Source: a bacterium
GTDB lineage: Bacteria > Krumholzibacteriota > Krumholzibacteriia > G020349025
Reading direction: 5' to 3'
DNA: 64,000 nucleotides
Assembly: GCA_031362565.1 (NCBI GenBank)
Contig: JANLSU010000039.1
Span: 163,229-227,228 of the forward strand
Every line of letters begins with the position of its first letter. The stretch's first letter is position 1. The translations under genes and the position numbers were made by a program. The notes beneath the pieces are model-generated. The model worked only from the letters and a program-made list of their open reading frames with translations, did no database searches and was not told the origin of the DNA. Of this stretch, positions 17,353 through 28,076 are shown one piece after another.

Positions 17353-19461
17353 TCAGCCGATGTCCGCCCATGCCGTGTGTTCGGAGTAGTGCGACTCCAG
17401 ATGCAGCCGCGCGGCTGCATGCGCCGGTGCGGCGAGGTCGGGATCGGCGGCGAGGATCGCCGCCGCGGCGTCGCGTGCGGCGAGCAGAACCGGCAAGTCC
17501 CGCGCCACGTCCGCGACGCGCAGATCGGGCAACCCATGTTGGCGCGTGCCGATCAGGTCGCCCGGACCACGCAGTTCCAGATCCAGTTCCGCGATCTCGA
17601 ACCCATCATCGGTGCGCGCAAACCGGCGCAGCCGTTCCTGCGCCGCCTCGGTCCCGTCGCGGCCGGGAAGCAGGAAGCAGTAACTGACCTCGGCGCCCCG
17701 CCCGACCCGGCCGCGCAGTTGATGCAACTGCGCCAGCCCGAAGCGTTCCGGGTGGTGGATGATCATCAGAGTCGCGTTGGCCACATCGAGCCCGACCTCC
17801 ACCACCGAGGTACAAACGAGCACCGCCAAAGCGCCGCGGCGAAACGCTTGCAAGAGCCCATCGCGCTCCGCCGCCGGCAACCTGCCATGCAGGAGCCCGA
17901 TCGTCAGTCCAACCAGTGGCCCGGCCCGCAGGCGGGCGTATTCTTCGGTCGCGGCGCGCAATTCCAGCGACTCGCTTTCATCGATGATCGGCAGCACGAC
18001 GTAGCCTTGGCGGCCGGCAGCCACCTCACTGCGGACGAATTTCCAAAGGTCGGCGTCGCGTTCTTCCGGCACCAAGCGGGTGCGCACCGGCTGGCGCCCG
18101 GGAGGCTTTTCATCGAGGCGCGACACGTCCAGGTCACCGAACAGCGTCAGTGCCAAGCTGCGCGGAATCGGCGTCGCGGAAAGCGCCAGCACATGGGGAC
18201 GATGCGCCCCGCGGACGAGCGCCCCGCGCTGCAGAACTCCGAACCGCTGTTGTTCGTCGACGACCACGAGCCCGAGGTGTTTGCAACGAACGTTCTCTTG
18301 TACGAGGGCATGCGTGCCGATGACGACGTCCACGTCGCCACTGGCGAGACGCGCCCGCACTTCTTCCTTGTCGCGCTCGGGCCGGGAGCCGACGAGCACC
18401 CCGAGACGCACGCCGAGTGCGACGCACGGCCCGACGAACCGTTCGGCATGTTGCAATGCGAGCGCTTCGGTTGGCGCCATGAGCACGCCCTGCCAGCCGT
18501 TGCCGGCGGCCATGAACAATGCCGCCGCCGCCAACACCGTCTTCCCCGCCCCGACATCGCCCAACACCAGCCGCTGCATCCAAGCGCCGGACTCGAGATC
18601 GTGAATGATCTCGCCCAAGACACGTTCCTGGCCGCCGGTGAGCGCGAACGGCAACGATTCGAGATACCGCCGGTGCAGGCTGCGCGACGCCAACATCGCG
18701 ACGCCGTCGCGGCGGGCCCGCGCCAGCGCTCGCCGGCGCAGCAGCAACAGTTGCAGGAAGAAGAATTCCTCGAATTTAAAGCGCTCGAGCGCGCCGGCTG
18801 CCGCCGGCATCGAATCGGGAAAATGCAGGGCACGGAAGGCCGCCGCGCGCGGCAGCGCATCGCCGCGCACGCTGTCCGGCAAGATCTCCGGCACCTCGTC
18901 CCCGACCGCGGCGAGCGCGGCGTGCGCCATCGACCGCAGCCATTTTTGCGTCACGCCGCGGGTCGCCGGATAGAGCGGCACGATGCGCCCGCCGTGCAAC
19001 CAGGACTGCGAGTCGGCATCGATCCGTTCGAACTCGGGTTGGCGCATCTCGAGGCGGCCGCGTCCGGCGGTGACCGGTCCGGCGAGAATCACTTCACAAC
19101 CGGGGGGCAGTTGGTCGCGCGTCCAAGCCGTAAACCACACGACGCGCAGTTGCGCTGTGTCGTCGGCAACGGTCGCCACCACGCTGCGGCGTCCGTGCCA
19201 TCCCGGGCGAACCTGCAGCGACTCGACCCGGGCGCGCACGCACGCCATCATGCCCGGCGCGAGTTCGCGCAACGGCACCAAGCGGCTGCGATCGAAGTAG
19301 CGGCGCGGGACATGTAACAACAAGTCCTCGAGCGTCCGAATGCCGAGACGCTCGAGAGCTTCGGCGCGGCGGGGTCCGACGCCGCGCAAATAGCGAATGG
19401 ATTCATCGAGTCGCGACACCACGTCCCCCTCAGGGTACGAAACGCGGTCGAACCGCGTCAT
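17353..19461 (-). CDS. recG: ATP-dependent DNA helicase RecG
   Basis: LRGVGP, PRRY.D, GDVGAGKT, MAPTE.LA.QH, DEQQRFG, SATPIPR, ERFGLAQLHQLRGRVGRG, DGFEIAE.DL.LRGPG. Confidence 0.95.
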   Translation of the reverse strand: MTRFDRVSYPEGDVVSRLDESIRYLRGVGPRRAEALERLGIRTLEDLLLHVPRRYFDRSRLVPLRELAPGMMACVRARVESLQVRPGWHGRRSVVATVADDTAQLRVVWFTAWTRDQLPPGCEVILAGPVTAGRGRLEMRQPEFERIDADSQSWLHGGRIVPLYPATRGVTQKWLRSMAHAALAAVGDEVPEILPDSVRGDALPRAAAFRALHFPDSMPAAAGALERFKFEEFFFLQLLLLRRRALARARRDGVAMLASRSLHRRYLESLPFALTGGQERVLGEIIHDLESGAWMQRLVLGDVGAGKTVLAAAALFMAAGNGWQGVLMAPTEALALQHAERFVGPCVALGVRLGVLVGSRPERDKEEVRARLASGDVDVVIGTHALVQENVRCKHLGLVVVDEQQRFGVLQRGALVRGAHRPHVLALSATPIPRSLALTLFGDLDVSRLDEKPPGRQPVRTRLVPEERDADLWKFVRSEVAAGRQGYVVLPIIDESESLELRAATEEYARLRAGPLVGLTIGLLHGRLPAAERDGLLQAFRRGALAVLVCTSVVEVGLDVANATLMIIHHPERFGLAQLHQLRGRVGRGAEVSYCFLLPGRDGTEAAQERLRRFARTDDGFEIAELDLELRGPGDLIGTRQHGLPDLRVADVARDLPVLLAARDAAAAILAADPDLAAPAHAAARLHLESHYSEHTAWADIG

Positions 19462-19485
19462 CGGGGACGTGGCGTCGCGCCCTCG

Positions 19486-20925
19486 TCAGTCCATTTGCCG
19501 GCGCAGGAAGGCCGGCACGTCCAGATCGTCGGCGCTCCAGCTCGGCAGTCCCGGTTTCGGCAACGCAACGTGCCGCGCCTGGGTTTGGCGATCGAGCGCC
19601 GGCGGCTCCGCAGCCGCCGGGCTCGCGAGGAACTCCTCGTCTTCGAGTTCGAGGTCGAGATGCAACCACGGTTGCGTCGGCTGCGCCGGCTGTTGCACCG
19701 GCGCGGGTTCGGCAACGACGGGGGACGCCACGGCTTGAACCGCCGGCATCTCGAGCTTGGCGGCCGGGGCCGCACTTCCCGACGCCCGCGGCACCGGTGC
19801 CGCCATCGCCGGTTGGGCCTCGGCGGCGAGCCGTTCACGTGCCGTGAACGGGGTGATGCTCGCCACTTGCGATGCGGCGGCACGTCCCGGATCGCGCTGC
19901 AACGCCTCACGCAGCCGGGCGTTGGCATCGTTGCGCGTTTCGCGGCCCAAATTGACCGCCGCGCGCTCGCTGCCGAAGCCGGTCGCGATGACCGTAACGC
20001 GCAGCTCGGTGTCCAACGTCTCGTCGATGACGGCGCCGAAGATGATGTTAGCATCGTCGCCGACGGCGGCTTGCACGAGCGAGGTCGCTTCGCTCACTTC
20101 ATGCAGTGTCATGCTGGGGCTGCCGGTGATGCTGACCAGCACGCCGCGCGCTCCGGAGATATCGACGTCGTCCAGCAACGGGCTGGAGATCGCCTGCTTG
20201 GTCGCCAGCACGGCCCGGTCCGGGCCTTCCGCAACGCCCGTGCCCATGAGCGCGTCGCCCATGTTCGCCATGATCGCCTTGACGTCCGCGAAGTCGAGAT
20301 TGACGAGTCCCGGTACGGTGATGAGATCGCTGATGCCGCGCGTTGCCTTCAGCAACACCTCGTCGGCGATCGAGAACGCGTGCATGAGCGGTGTCTCGGC
20401 GCCGACGATATGCAGCAGCTTCTGATTCGGAATGATGATCAGCGTGTCGACGGCTTCCTTGAGCGCTTTCAATCCGTCGATCGCCGAGGCGTTCCGCCGG
20501 CGTCCCTCGAACTCGAAAGGCCGCGTCACGATCGCCACGGTGAGGGCGCCCAAATCACGCGCCATGCGTGCGACGAGCGGCGCGGCGCCGGTGCCGGTGC
20601 CGCCGCCCATCCCGGCGGTCACGAAGACCATGTCGGAGTCCTTGAGCGCATCGATGATGATGCTCTCGTCTTCCTCGAGCGCCCGGCGGCCGATCTCGGG
20701 ATTGCCGCCGGAGCCGAGTCCCTTGGTGAGTTTGGTACCGATTTGAATCCGGTGCACCGCCTTCGAAAACTTGAGCGCCTGTGCATCGGTGTTCACCGCG
20801 ACAAATTCGACGCCGGTCAACCCCTCGCTGATCATGCGATTGATTGCGTTGCCGCCGGCGCCGCCAACCCCCGCCACGGTGATGCGCGCGAGGTTATCGG
20901 ACTCGCGCTCGAATTCGAACTTCAT
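19486..20925 (-). CDS. ftsZ: Cell division protein FtsZ (long C-terminal linker)
   Basis: [26 protein letters not shown]-terminal [13 protein letters not shown]. Confidence 0.97.
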   Translation of the reverse strand: MKFEFERESDNLARITVAGVGGAGGNAINRMISEGLTGVEFVAVNTDAQALKFSKAVHRIQIGTKLTKGLGSGGNPEIGRRALEEDESIIIDALKDSDMVFVTAGMGGGTGTGAAPLVARMARDLGALTVAIVTRPFEFEGRRRNASAIDGLKALKEAVDTLIIIPNQKLLHIVGAETPLMHAFSIADEVLLKATRGISDLITVPGLVNLDFADVKAIMANMGDALMGTGVAEGPDRAVLATKQAISSPLLDDVDISGARGVLVSITGSPSMTLHEVSEATSLVQAAVGDDANIIFGAVIDETLDTELRVTVIATGFGSERAAVNLGRETRNDANARLREALQRDPGRAAASQVASITPFTARERLAAEAQPAMAAPVPRASGSAAPAAKLEMPAVQAVASPVVAEPAPVQQPAQPTQPWLHLDLELEDEEFLASPAAAEPPALDRQTQARHVALPKPGLPSWSADDLDVPAFLRRQMD

Positions 20926-20973
20926 GTTTCCCTCCCCGTTTTTCCCCGTCGTGGGGGCTTGGAGCCCCGCGCG

Positions 20974-22257
20974 TCAATTGCGCGGCTGCATGTTCGCGGC
21001 ACCGATTGCGAGCCGGCGCGTCGTGCGACGCGCCCGCTCACCGACGACGCGGCGTAAATCCGTCACCAGGCGCTCCCGGAACGACGATTCGGCGCGCATG
21101 AGTCCGGAGCGTTGCGCAAATTCGAGCAATCCGAGCGCCGTGCAGCACGCCGGATCGCCTTCCGCCTCGCGCCAGCCCTGCGGTGCATGCGGCGCCGCCA
21201 GACGCACCGGCGCTTCGAAAACCTGTTCGGCAAGATCGACCGCACCGCGCAATCGCGCCCCGCCGCCCGCCAGAACGATACGATCGCCAAGCGCCAGCGC
21301 CTGCTGCGCCCGCAGCGCGTCGCGCACCATGGCGAACAGTTCCTCCATGCGCGCCTCGACGATACCGGCGAGCGTTTGCTGGCTGACCGTGAGGCGCTCG
21401 CGGCCGCGCTGCACTTCCACTTGCCGTTCCGCCGGGACGCTTTCGATCAGGGCGCTGCCGGCGCGCCGCTTCAACGCCTCCGCTTGGTCGGTTTCGAGTT
21501 GCAGTGCAAATGCGATGTCGCGCGTCGCGTGCGATCCGCCGGCATTCACACACGCCAGGGCCTGCAACACGCCATCGCGATACGCGGCCGCGCCGGTCAC
21601 TTCGGCACCCAAATCGACGAGCACCGCACCGCGGCCGCGATCCTCGGCGGTGAGCGCGGCACGCGCCGCGGCGAGCGGTTCGACGGCCGCACCCACGAGT
21701 TCGTAACCCGCCGCGTCGAGCACGCGCTGCAAGTTGTCGAGCACCTGCGAACGCGCCGTCACCACGACCGCGTCGGCGGTCACCGCCCGGCCGCGCATGC
21801 CGAGCGGGCTGCGCACCACGCGCGTGCCGTCGACAACGTAACCGGTGGGCAGCACGTGCAAGACCTCATGGTCGCGCGGCAGGCCGATGTCGGCGGCCGC
21901 ATCGAGCGCCCGGTCGAGGTGCGCCGGATGCAATGTCACCGGCAACTTGGTGCGCATCGTGCCGCGGGCGCGCACCGCCCGCGCTTGCCCGGCACCGACG
22001 CCGGCGACGACGCGGCGCACGCGGACACCGGCACGCTCTTGGGCGGCGAAGAGGACACCGGGCAGAACTCGCTTGGCGGCGTCGAGATCGACGAGGACGC
22101 CTTGGTCGATGAGCGTACAGGGGTGCTCGATCCAACCGCGTACGCTGTACGAGTCGCCGTGCGGCACGGCGACTACGACTGTTACCTTTTCGGCCCCGAA
22201 GTCGAGCGCCAGAATGGCGGCCGGGTTCGGCGCGTCAACGCGTGCGGACCCGCGCAT
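20974..22257 (-). CDS. ftsA: Cell division protein FtsA
   Basis: LDFGAEKV, LHVLPTGY.VDG, PLGMRG, VDLGAEVT, IVEARMEELF, VLAGGGA; directly upstream of ftsZ. Confidence 0.9.
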   Translation of the reverse strand: MRGSARVDAPNPAAILALDFGAEKVTVVVAVPHGDSYSVRGWIEHPCTLIDQGVLVDLDAAKRVLPGVLFAAQERAGVRVRRVVAGVGAGQARAVRARGTMRTKLPVTLHPAHLDRALDAAADIGLPRDHEVLHVLPTGYVVDGTRVVRSPLGMRGRAVTADAVVVTARSQVLDNLQRVLDAAGYELVGAAVEPLAAARAALTAEDRGRGAVLVDLGAEVTGAAAYRDGVLQALACVNAGGSHATRDIAFALQLETDQAEALKRRAGSALIESVPAERQVEVQRGRERLTVSQQTLAGIVEARMEELFAMVRDALRAQQALALGDRIVLAGGGARLRGAVDLAEQVFEAPVRLAAPHAPQGWREAEGDPACCTALGLLEFAQRSGLMRAESSFRERLVTDLRRVVGERARRTTRRLAIGAANMQPRN

Positions 22258-23014
22258 TGCGGCCTCCTCCCCCGTTGCGGACGACGACTTGATCCTGAAA
22301 GCGCAGATCGATTGCGCCCGGCATCGGCTCACTCCCCAGGCTCTCTTCGAACACCCGCAGTTTCAAGAGTTCGGTGTCGGCGCGCGACGCGTCCAAACGC
22401 ACCTTGGCGCCGGAATCGGCAAGAACCAAACGCACGTCGTCCGGCTCCTGCCACTCGACGGCCGAAGGCGCCAGGGTCGGAATGTCGAACAACGGCACGA
22501 GCGCCGCGAGCAGGGCGCGTGCTGCCGGGTCGAGGCGCCGCGCCTTGGCATCGAGCCCAAAACCGTGCAAGAGCGGCATTCCGGGCCACACGTGCTCGAC
22601 GCCGAGCAGCCGCCCGTCGGCATCGACGGCGGTTTGTGCATCGAGTTGCGCAACCGCCCGCTGCGACACCAGACAGACCTCGAGATTTCCAGGAAGGTGA
22701 CGCCGCAAACACAAGTCAACAGGGGCTTTGCCACCAAAGAAACCGCGCCGAAGCGCGGCCTCCGAAACGAAGAGCAACGGCCGCCCGAGGACGGCAGTTT
22801 CGAGGCGTTCGCAGCGGTCAAGCGGCGGTTGGAGAGCGCCCGTCCAAGTCACTTGGCGGACGCGCAAGAGCGGCGAGAGTGCCGCCGAGGCAACGACAGA
22901 CAACAGGACGCCGGACGCCACCGCGACGCGCACGAGCGGCGCGCGCCACGCGTCATCCAGCCACCGCACACCCCGGGCCGCATCCGCACGACCCCACGCA
23001 CCCCGTCGGCCCAC
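22235..23014 (-). CDS. ftsQ: FtsQ/DivIB-like protein (divergent)
   Basis: Single TM, POTRA-like RRHLPGNLEV, C-terminal IDLRFQDQVVVR; between murC and ftsA. Confidence 0.78.
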   Translation of the reverse strand: MGRRGAWGRADAARGVRWLDDAWRAPLVRVAVASGVLLSVVASAALSPLLRVRQVTWTGALQPPLDRCERLETAVLGRPLLFVSEAALRRGFFGGKAPVDLCLRRHLPGNLEVCLVSQRAVAQLDAQTAVDADGRLLGVEHVWPGMPLLHGFGLDAKARRLDPAARALLAALVPLFDIPTLAPSAVEWQEPDDVRLVLADSGAKVRLDASRADTELLKLRVFEESLGSEPMPGAIDLRFQDQVVVRNGGGGRNARVRTR

Positions 23015-23055
23015 CGCCCCGCCTCACACGTACGGTTCCGGGGTCCCGCACAGCA

Positions 23056-24459
23056 CTACGTCGCCGCCTGCGGCACACCGGATCCAACCCGCCGGCGCCA
23101 CTTTTCGACGATCTCGTCGTTCCACGACGTCACGTCTCCGGCGCCGAGCGTCAACACCAAGTCTCCTGGTTGTATAGAGGAAGCGACGGCATCGGTCAAT
23201 CGCTCTTTGTCGGGAACGTACGTGACGTTGCGGTGGCCGTGCTCACGGACGGTTTGCGCGAGCACCTCCGACGTCACACCCGGAATCGGCTCCTCGGACG
23301 CGGCGTAAATGTCGGCCAGGAACAGCACATCGGCATCGAAGAACGAGCGCCCGAACTCGCTCATGAGGAAATGGGTGCGCGAATAGCGATGCGGCTGAAA
23401 TACCACCAACAAGCGCCTCGCATAGTTGCGTTTGGCGGCCCGCAGCGTCGCGGCGATCTCGGTGGGGTGGTGTCCGTAGTCATCCACGAAAACCACGTCG
23501 TGCTCGACGGCGCGGATTTCGAAGCGCCGCGCCACCCCTAGGAACTCGTGCAACGCGGTGGCGATGGTGGGGAACGGAATCTGCAGTTCGATGCCGACCG
23601 TGATCGCCGCGAGCGCATTCAGAACGTTGTGCTCGCCCGGCATCCGGATACGCGCCTCGCCGATCACCGCGCCACGGTTCGAGACCTCGAACCGGCTGCC
23701 CGCATCGGTCGACTCGAGGATGCGGCCGGTCACGTCGGCCTGGCTCGCCAGGCCGTAGGTCAGGCAGCGTTTTGTAATCCGGGGGATGATCGATTGCACG
23801 TTGGCATCGTCGAGACACAACACGCCGGCGCCGTAGAAGGGCACTTTGTTGACGAACTGCACGAATGCATCCATGATCGCTTGCAGGTTCGCGTAATGGT
23901 CGAGGTGTTCGGCGTCGATGTTTGTCACAACTGCAATTGTCGGTGGCAACGACAAGAAACTGCCATCGCTCTCATCGGCTTCGGCCACCAGATAGTCGCC
24001 CTTGCCGAGCTTGGCGTTCGTGCCGAGCGCCAGCAGCCTCCCCCCGACGACGATGGTCGGATCGAGGCCGGCCTGCGCCAACACGGTTGCCGCGAGCGAC
24101 GTGGTCGTGGTCTTCCCATGCGCCCCCGCGACCGCGACCGAGAACTTGAGACGCATCAGTTCGGCGAGCATTTCGGCGCGTGGAATGACCGGGATCTTCT
24201 GTTCGCGCGCTTTCACGAGCTCCGGGTTGTCGGGGCGGATCGCCGACGAGTAGACGACGACGTCGGCGCCTTCCAGGTTCTCGGCCCGATGGCCGATGAG
24301 CACCCGCGCTCCGAGCGGCTCGAGGCGCTTCGTCACGGCCGAAGCTTTGACGTCGCTGCCACTCACCTTCCAGCCGAGATTCAGCAGCACCTCCGCGATA
24401 CCGCTCATGCCGATACCGCCGATGCCGACAAAATGCACCCTGCTGACCCGCCCGAACAT
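23056..24459 (-). CDS. murC: UDP-N-acetylmuramate--L-alanine ligase
   Basis: [50 protein letters not shown]. Confidence 0.97.
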   Translation of the reverse strand: MFGRVSRVHFVGIGGIGMSGIAEVLLNLGWKVSGSDVKASAVTKRLEPLGARVLIGHRAENLEGADVVVYSSAIRPDNPELVKAREQKIPVIPRAEMLAELMRLKFSVAVAGAHGKTTTTSLAATVLAQAGLDPTIVVGGRLLALGTNAKLGKGDYLVAEADESDGSFLSLPPTIAVVTNIDAEHLDHYANLQAIMDAFVQFVNKVPFYGAGVLCLDDANVQSIIPRITKRCLTYGLASQADVTGRILESTDAGSRFEVSNRGAVIGEARIRMPGEHNVLNALAAITVGIELQIPFPTIATALHEFLGVARRFEIRAVEHDVVFVDDYGHHPTEIAATLRAAKRNYARRLLVVFQPHRYSRTHFLMSEFGRSFFDADVLFLADIYAASEEPIPGVTSEVLAQTVREHGHRNVTYVPDKERLTDAVASSIQPGDLVLTLGAGDVTSWNDEIVEKWRRRVGSGVPQAAT

Positions 24460-25542
24460 TCAGCCTCCCCCACTCGTCACTTGTGCCGCCACTGCCGCCG
24501 CCAGTTCCTGCGTGGCGCGCGGCCGCGCCAGACTGGCGCTCGCTTGCCCCATGCGCTGCAGGCGCTCCGGCGCGCCGACGAGCGCCACCACCTCGGCCGC
24601 CAACCGCGCCCCATCAAGGTCGCGATCCGCCAACAGGATCGCTGCCCCCGCATCCACGAGCGAGCGCGCGTTGGCGGTTTGATGATCGTCCACCGCTCCC
24701 GGAAAGGGAACGAGAATTGCCGGTTTGCCGCGCGCGGTGATCTCCGCGAGCGTCATCGCCCCGGCCCTGCAAACGAGCAGCGTCGCCGCGGCGAGCGCCG
24801 CCGGCATGTGGTCGATATAGGCCCGCAGGAGCACGTCGGGCGCCCCGTCCCACTGCGGCGCCAAACGCGCGTAGTCGAGCTCGCCCGTCTGCCAGAGCCA
24901 CACGACGCGGACCTGCCGCGCGACGAGCGGAATGGCGGCCGCAACCGCAGTGTTGATCGAGCGCGCGCCGCGGCTGCCGCCCACCACCAGCACCATCGGG
25001 ACGCCAGCCGGCAGGCCCTCGAGCGGTGGTTGCGGCGCCAAAATCTCGTCCCGCAACGGATTCCCCGTTAGCTTGACGTGACGTCCGAAGTAACGCTCGC
25101 AACCTGGGAATGCCACATGGACTTCGCGCGCCAGCCGTCCCAGAACCCGGTTCGTCACACCGGGAATACTGTTCTGCTCCTGCACGACGAGCGGCCGGCG
25201 CAAGAGTGCCGCCGCGAGTCCGGCCGACAGGCTCGCATAGCCGCCGGTCGCGACCACGACATCGGGTTTCCAGGCGCGGACAAAGGTCAGCGCTTGCGTG
25301 ACGCCATGCGCGAGATCGAGTGCCGCGCGGCAGCGCCCCAAGAGTCCCTTGCGCCGGAAGCCGCTGCCCGCGATCAAGTGCAGCGCGAAGCCGTGCTGCG
25401 GGACGAGCCGTGCTTCCAGTCCCTGCGCACTGCCCATGAAGGCCGACTCGCAATCCGGCCGCGTGCGGCGCAGATGTTCGGCCACGGCAAGGGCCGGATA
25501 CAGATGCCCGCCCGTGCCGCCGCCCGCGAACAGCACTCTCAC
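24460..25542 (-). CDS. murG: Undecaprenyl-PP-MurNAc-pentapeptide GlcNAc transferase
   Basis: GGGTGGHLYPA, GGYAS, EQNSIPG.TN, GGSRGA, CRAGAMT.AE, HQTANA; GTG start overlaps the ftsW stop. Confidence 0.96.
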   Translation of the reverse strand: MRVLFAGGGTGGHLYPALAVAEHLRRTRPDCESAFMGSAQGLEARLVPQHGFALHLIAGSGFRRKGLLGRCRAALDLAHGVTQALTFVRAWKPDVVVATGGYASLSAGLAAALLRRPLVVQEQNSIPGVTNRVLGRLAREVHVAFPGCERYFGRHVKLTGNPLRDEILAPQPPLEGLPAGVPMVLVVGGSRGARSINTAVAAAIPLVARQVRVVWLWQTGELDYARLAPQWDGAPDVLLRAYIDHMPAALAAATLLVCRAGAMTLAEITARGKPAILVPFPGAVDDHQTANARSLVDAGAAILLADRDLDGARLAAEVVALVGAPERLQRMGQASASLARPRATQELAAAVAAQVTSGGG

Positions 25543-26681
25543 AGCAACGCCTCCACGGCGTGCTGGTGCGGCCGGGTCCACCGGCCGGGCCGGCGCTCGA
25601 CCGCTTCGGCTTGGCGGGCGATGTTGCGCAGCACGCCGAGCGCGAACAGATGGGTGACGAGCGCCGACCCGCCGTAGCTCACGAGTGGCAACGGCAGCCC
25701 GGTGACTGGAAACAGCCGCAACGCCACGCACAGGTTGATCATCGCGTACCAGAAGAGCGACATGCCGATCCCCACCGCGAGCAAGCGCGCAAAGGGGTCT
25801 TCGTGCGCCTTGGCAACGCGGATCGCGCGCCCCACCAACAACAGGAACAAGCCCAGGACGACAATGCAACCCACGAAGCCCAGCTCTTCGCCCATGACTG
25901 AAAAGATGAAATCGGTGTGGGCATCCGGCAGGTAGCCGTACTTGGCGATCCCCTGCCCGAGGCCTTTGCCCACCGGGCCGCCGCTGCCGATCGCCAGCAC
26001 CGATTGCAGGCTCTGATACGCACCACCCGCGGCGTGCGCATCCGGGCTCAAGAATCCGAAAATACGCGACCGCACATGGTCCTTCGACCACGCCAGAACA
26101 ATACCGCCGGCCAGCAGCACGCCGGCCGCGGTGCCCAGATGCCGGAGGCGCGCACCACCCATGTAAATGAGCGTCAGGCTGATGAGCGACAGCGCCATGG
26201 CGCTGCCGAAATCGGGCTGCTTGAGCACCAACCCCAGCACCACGACAAGCACCGCACCCAACGGCAACAACCCATCGCGAAACGACTGGATCTTGGTTCC
26301 CATGCGAACGATTTCCGAGGCCAGAAAGCAGACGAGCGCCAAGCGCACGAATTCGACCGGCTGCAAGGTCTGCCCCATGACGTGGACCCAGCCACGCTGG
26401 CCGCGGATCGACGTGAAGAGGAACACGACGCCCAGGCCGATACAGGCCACGACGAGTCCGAGGCGCGCGACGCGGCGCCACTGGCGGTAGTCGATCTGCG
26501 ACGCCACCAGCAGCAACACGACGCCGATGATGGCGCGAACCATTTGGCGCTTCACGAAGAAGAAGGCATCGCCGAATTTAGCGCGGGCGATCTCGTGGCT
26601 CGCCGAAAACACCATGCCGAGTCCGATGACGACCAGCGCCAACGCCAAGATCAAGATCGCATGTTCGTGCCGCAGTTTCAC
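25539..26681 (-). CDS. ftsW: SEDS peptidoglycan glycosyltransferase FtsW
   Basis: QPVEF, QPDFG, YQ..QS..AIGSGG..GKGLG, LPDAHTDFIFS..GEELG, TGLPLPLVSYGGS. Confidence 0.95.
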   Translation of the reverse strand: MKLRHEHAILILALALVVIGLGMVFSASHEIARAKFGDAFFFVKRQMVRAIIGVVLLLVASQIDYRQWRRVARLGLVVACIGLGVVFLFTSIRGQRGWVHVMGQTLQPVEFVRLALVCFLASEIVRMGTKIQSFRDGLLPLGAVLVVVLGLVLKQPDFGSAMALSLISLTLIYMGGARLRHLGTAAGVLLAGGIVLAWSKDHVRSRIFGFLSPDAHAAGGAYQSLQSVLAIGSGGPVGKGLGQGIAKYGYLPDAHTDFIFSVMGEELGFVGCIVVLGLFLLLVGRAIRVAKAHEDPFARLLAVGIGMSLFWYAMINLCVALRLFPVTGLPLPLVSYGGSALVTHLFALGVLRNIARQAEAVERRPGRWTRPHQHAVEALL

Positions 26682-28063
26682 GCCCGTACCTTCCCCGTTT
26701 CGCGGGCCCGGGCCCGCTCCACCGCCGCGTCGAACTCTGCGCCCCGGTGCTCGGCATTGCGAAACATGTCGAAGCTCGTGCACCCAGGCGAGAAAAGCAA
26801 CGTATCGTCCGGCTGGCCGGCGCGCAGCGCCGCCGCCACCAGATCATCGAGATCACGGACCCGTTCCAGCCGCGCACTGCCGGCCAGTGCCGTTTCGATT
26901 TCGCCGGCGGCTTCGCCGTACACGAACACGGTGCGCACGCGTCCCAACGAGCCGCGCAAGGTCCGGAAATCGAGGTCCTTGTTGCGGCCGCCCAAAGCCA
27001 GCATCAACATGCCGTCGAGCCCCTCGACGCCGGCGCGCACCGCCTCCACCGTCGTCCCCTTCGAATCGTTGACGAACCGGATGGCGCGAATTTCGCCCGC
27101 CGGCTGCATGCGGTACGGCAGGGCGTGAAAACTCCGCAATGCCGCTTGCACGGCCGCGTCCACCGGTCCGAGCACTCGTGCCACCGCGAGCGCCGCCATG
27201 GCGTTCCGCACATTGTGAGCGCCGAGCAGCGGCACATCCGCGACGCGTGCCAGACGTTCGTGCCCGCCCGGCGTGCACCACACGAGATCGGCGGCCTCGC
27301 GGACGACGCCCGCACCGTCCCACAGCGCGCCGAATCCCAGCACCTGCGCTTCCGACGCGCGCCCCGTCGCGACGCCGTATCGATCGGCGGGGTCGACGAT
27401 CAAGACATCATCGCGGGTCTGATGGCGCGCGATGCGCTGCTTGGCTGCGGCGTACGCCTCGAAGTCCGGGTAGCGGTCCAAATGATCGGGGCTGACGGCA
27501 AGCAGCACCGCGACGCGGGCGTGAAACGTGTCGACGGTTTCGAGCTGGAAACTCGACAGCTCGAGCACGACCCAATCCTCGGCACCGGCCTGCGAAGCCA
27601 CGGCGCAATACGGCAGCCCGATGTTGCCGGCCACGAAAACCCGCTTGCCCTGCGCCGCCAACAACGCGCCCGCAAGTGCGGTCGTCGTCGACTTGCCCTT
27701 GCTGCCGGTGATCGCGACCACCGGCGCCGCCGAACAGCGATACCCGAGTTCGATCTCGGAGATGACCGGGATGCCGGCAGCGCTTGCGGCGACGACGAGC
27801 GGATGCGTCGTGGGGATTCCGGGTGACAAGACGAGCCAGTGGACCCCGCGCAGCAGTTCGACGCGCGTTTCGGCAGCGCTTGCGGCGAGCGTCTGCCGCG
27901 CCCAATCGCCGGCCAGCACCGGGCCCGCCGCCGGTCCGTCGTCGACACCGACGACCTCTGCACCGTGGCGCACCGCCAGGTCGGCGGCCGCTTGCCCGCT
28001 CCGCGCCAAGCCGAACACCAGGATGCGGCGCCCACGCAACCAGTCGCTGTCGAGATGCGGCAT
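26678..28063 (-). CDS. murD: UDP-MurNAc-L-Ala--D-glutamate ligase
   Basis: GLARSG, LSPGIP, ITGSKGKSTT, ELSSFQL, PDHLDRY, NDSKGT, SPGCTSFDMF. Confidence 0.95.
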   Translation of the reverse strand: MPHLDSDWLRGRRILVFGLARSGQAAADLAVRHGAEVVGVDDGPAAGPVLAGDWARQTLAASAAETRVELLRGVHWLVLSPGIPTTHPLVVAASAAGIPVISEIELGYRCSAAPVVAITGSKGKSTTTALAGALLAAQGKRVFVAGNIGLPYCAVASQAGAEDWVVLELSSFQLETVDTFHARVAVLLAVSPDHLDRYPDFEAYAAAKQRIARHQTRDDVLIVDPADRYGVATGRASEAQVLGFGALWDGAGVVREAADLVWCTPGGHERLARVADVPLLGAHNVRNAMAALAVARVLGPVDAAVQAALRSFHALPYRMQPAGEIRAIRFVNDSKGTTVEAVRAGVEGLDGMLMLALGGRNKDLDFRTLRGSLGRVRTVFVYGEAAGEIETALAGSARLERVRDLDDLVAAALRAGQPDDTLLFSPGCTSFDMFRNAEHRGAEFDAAVERARARETGKVRA

Positions 28064-28076
28064 TGCGACTCGTCTC

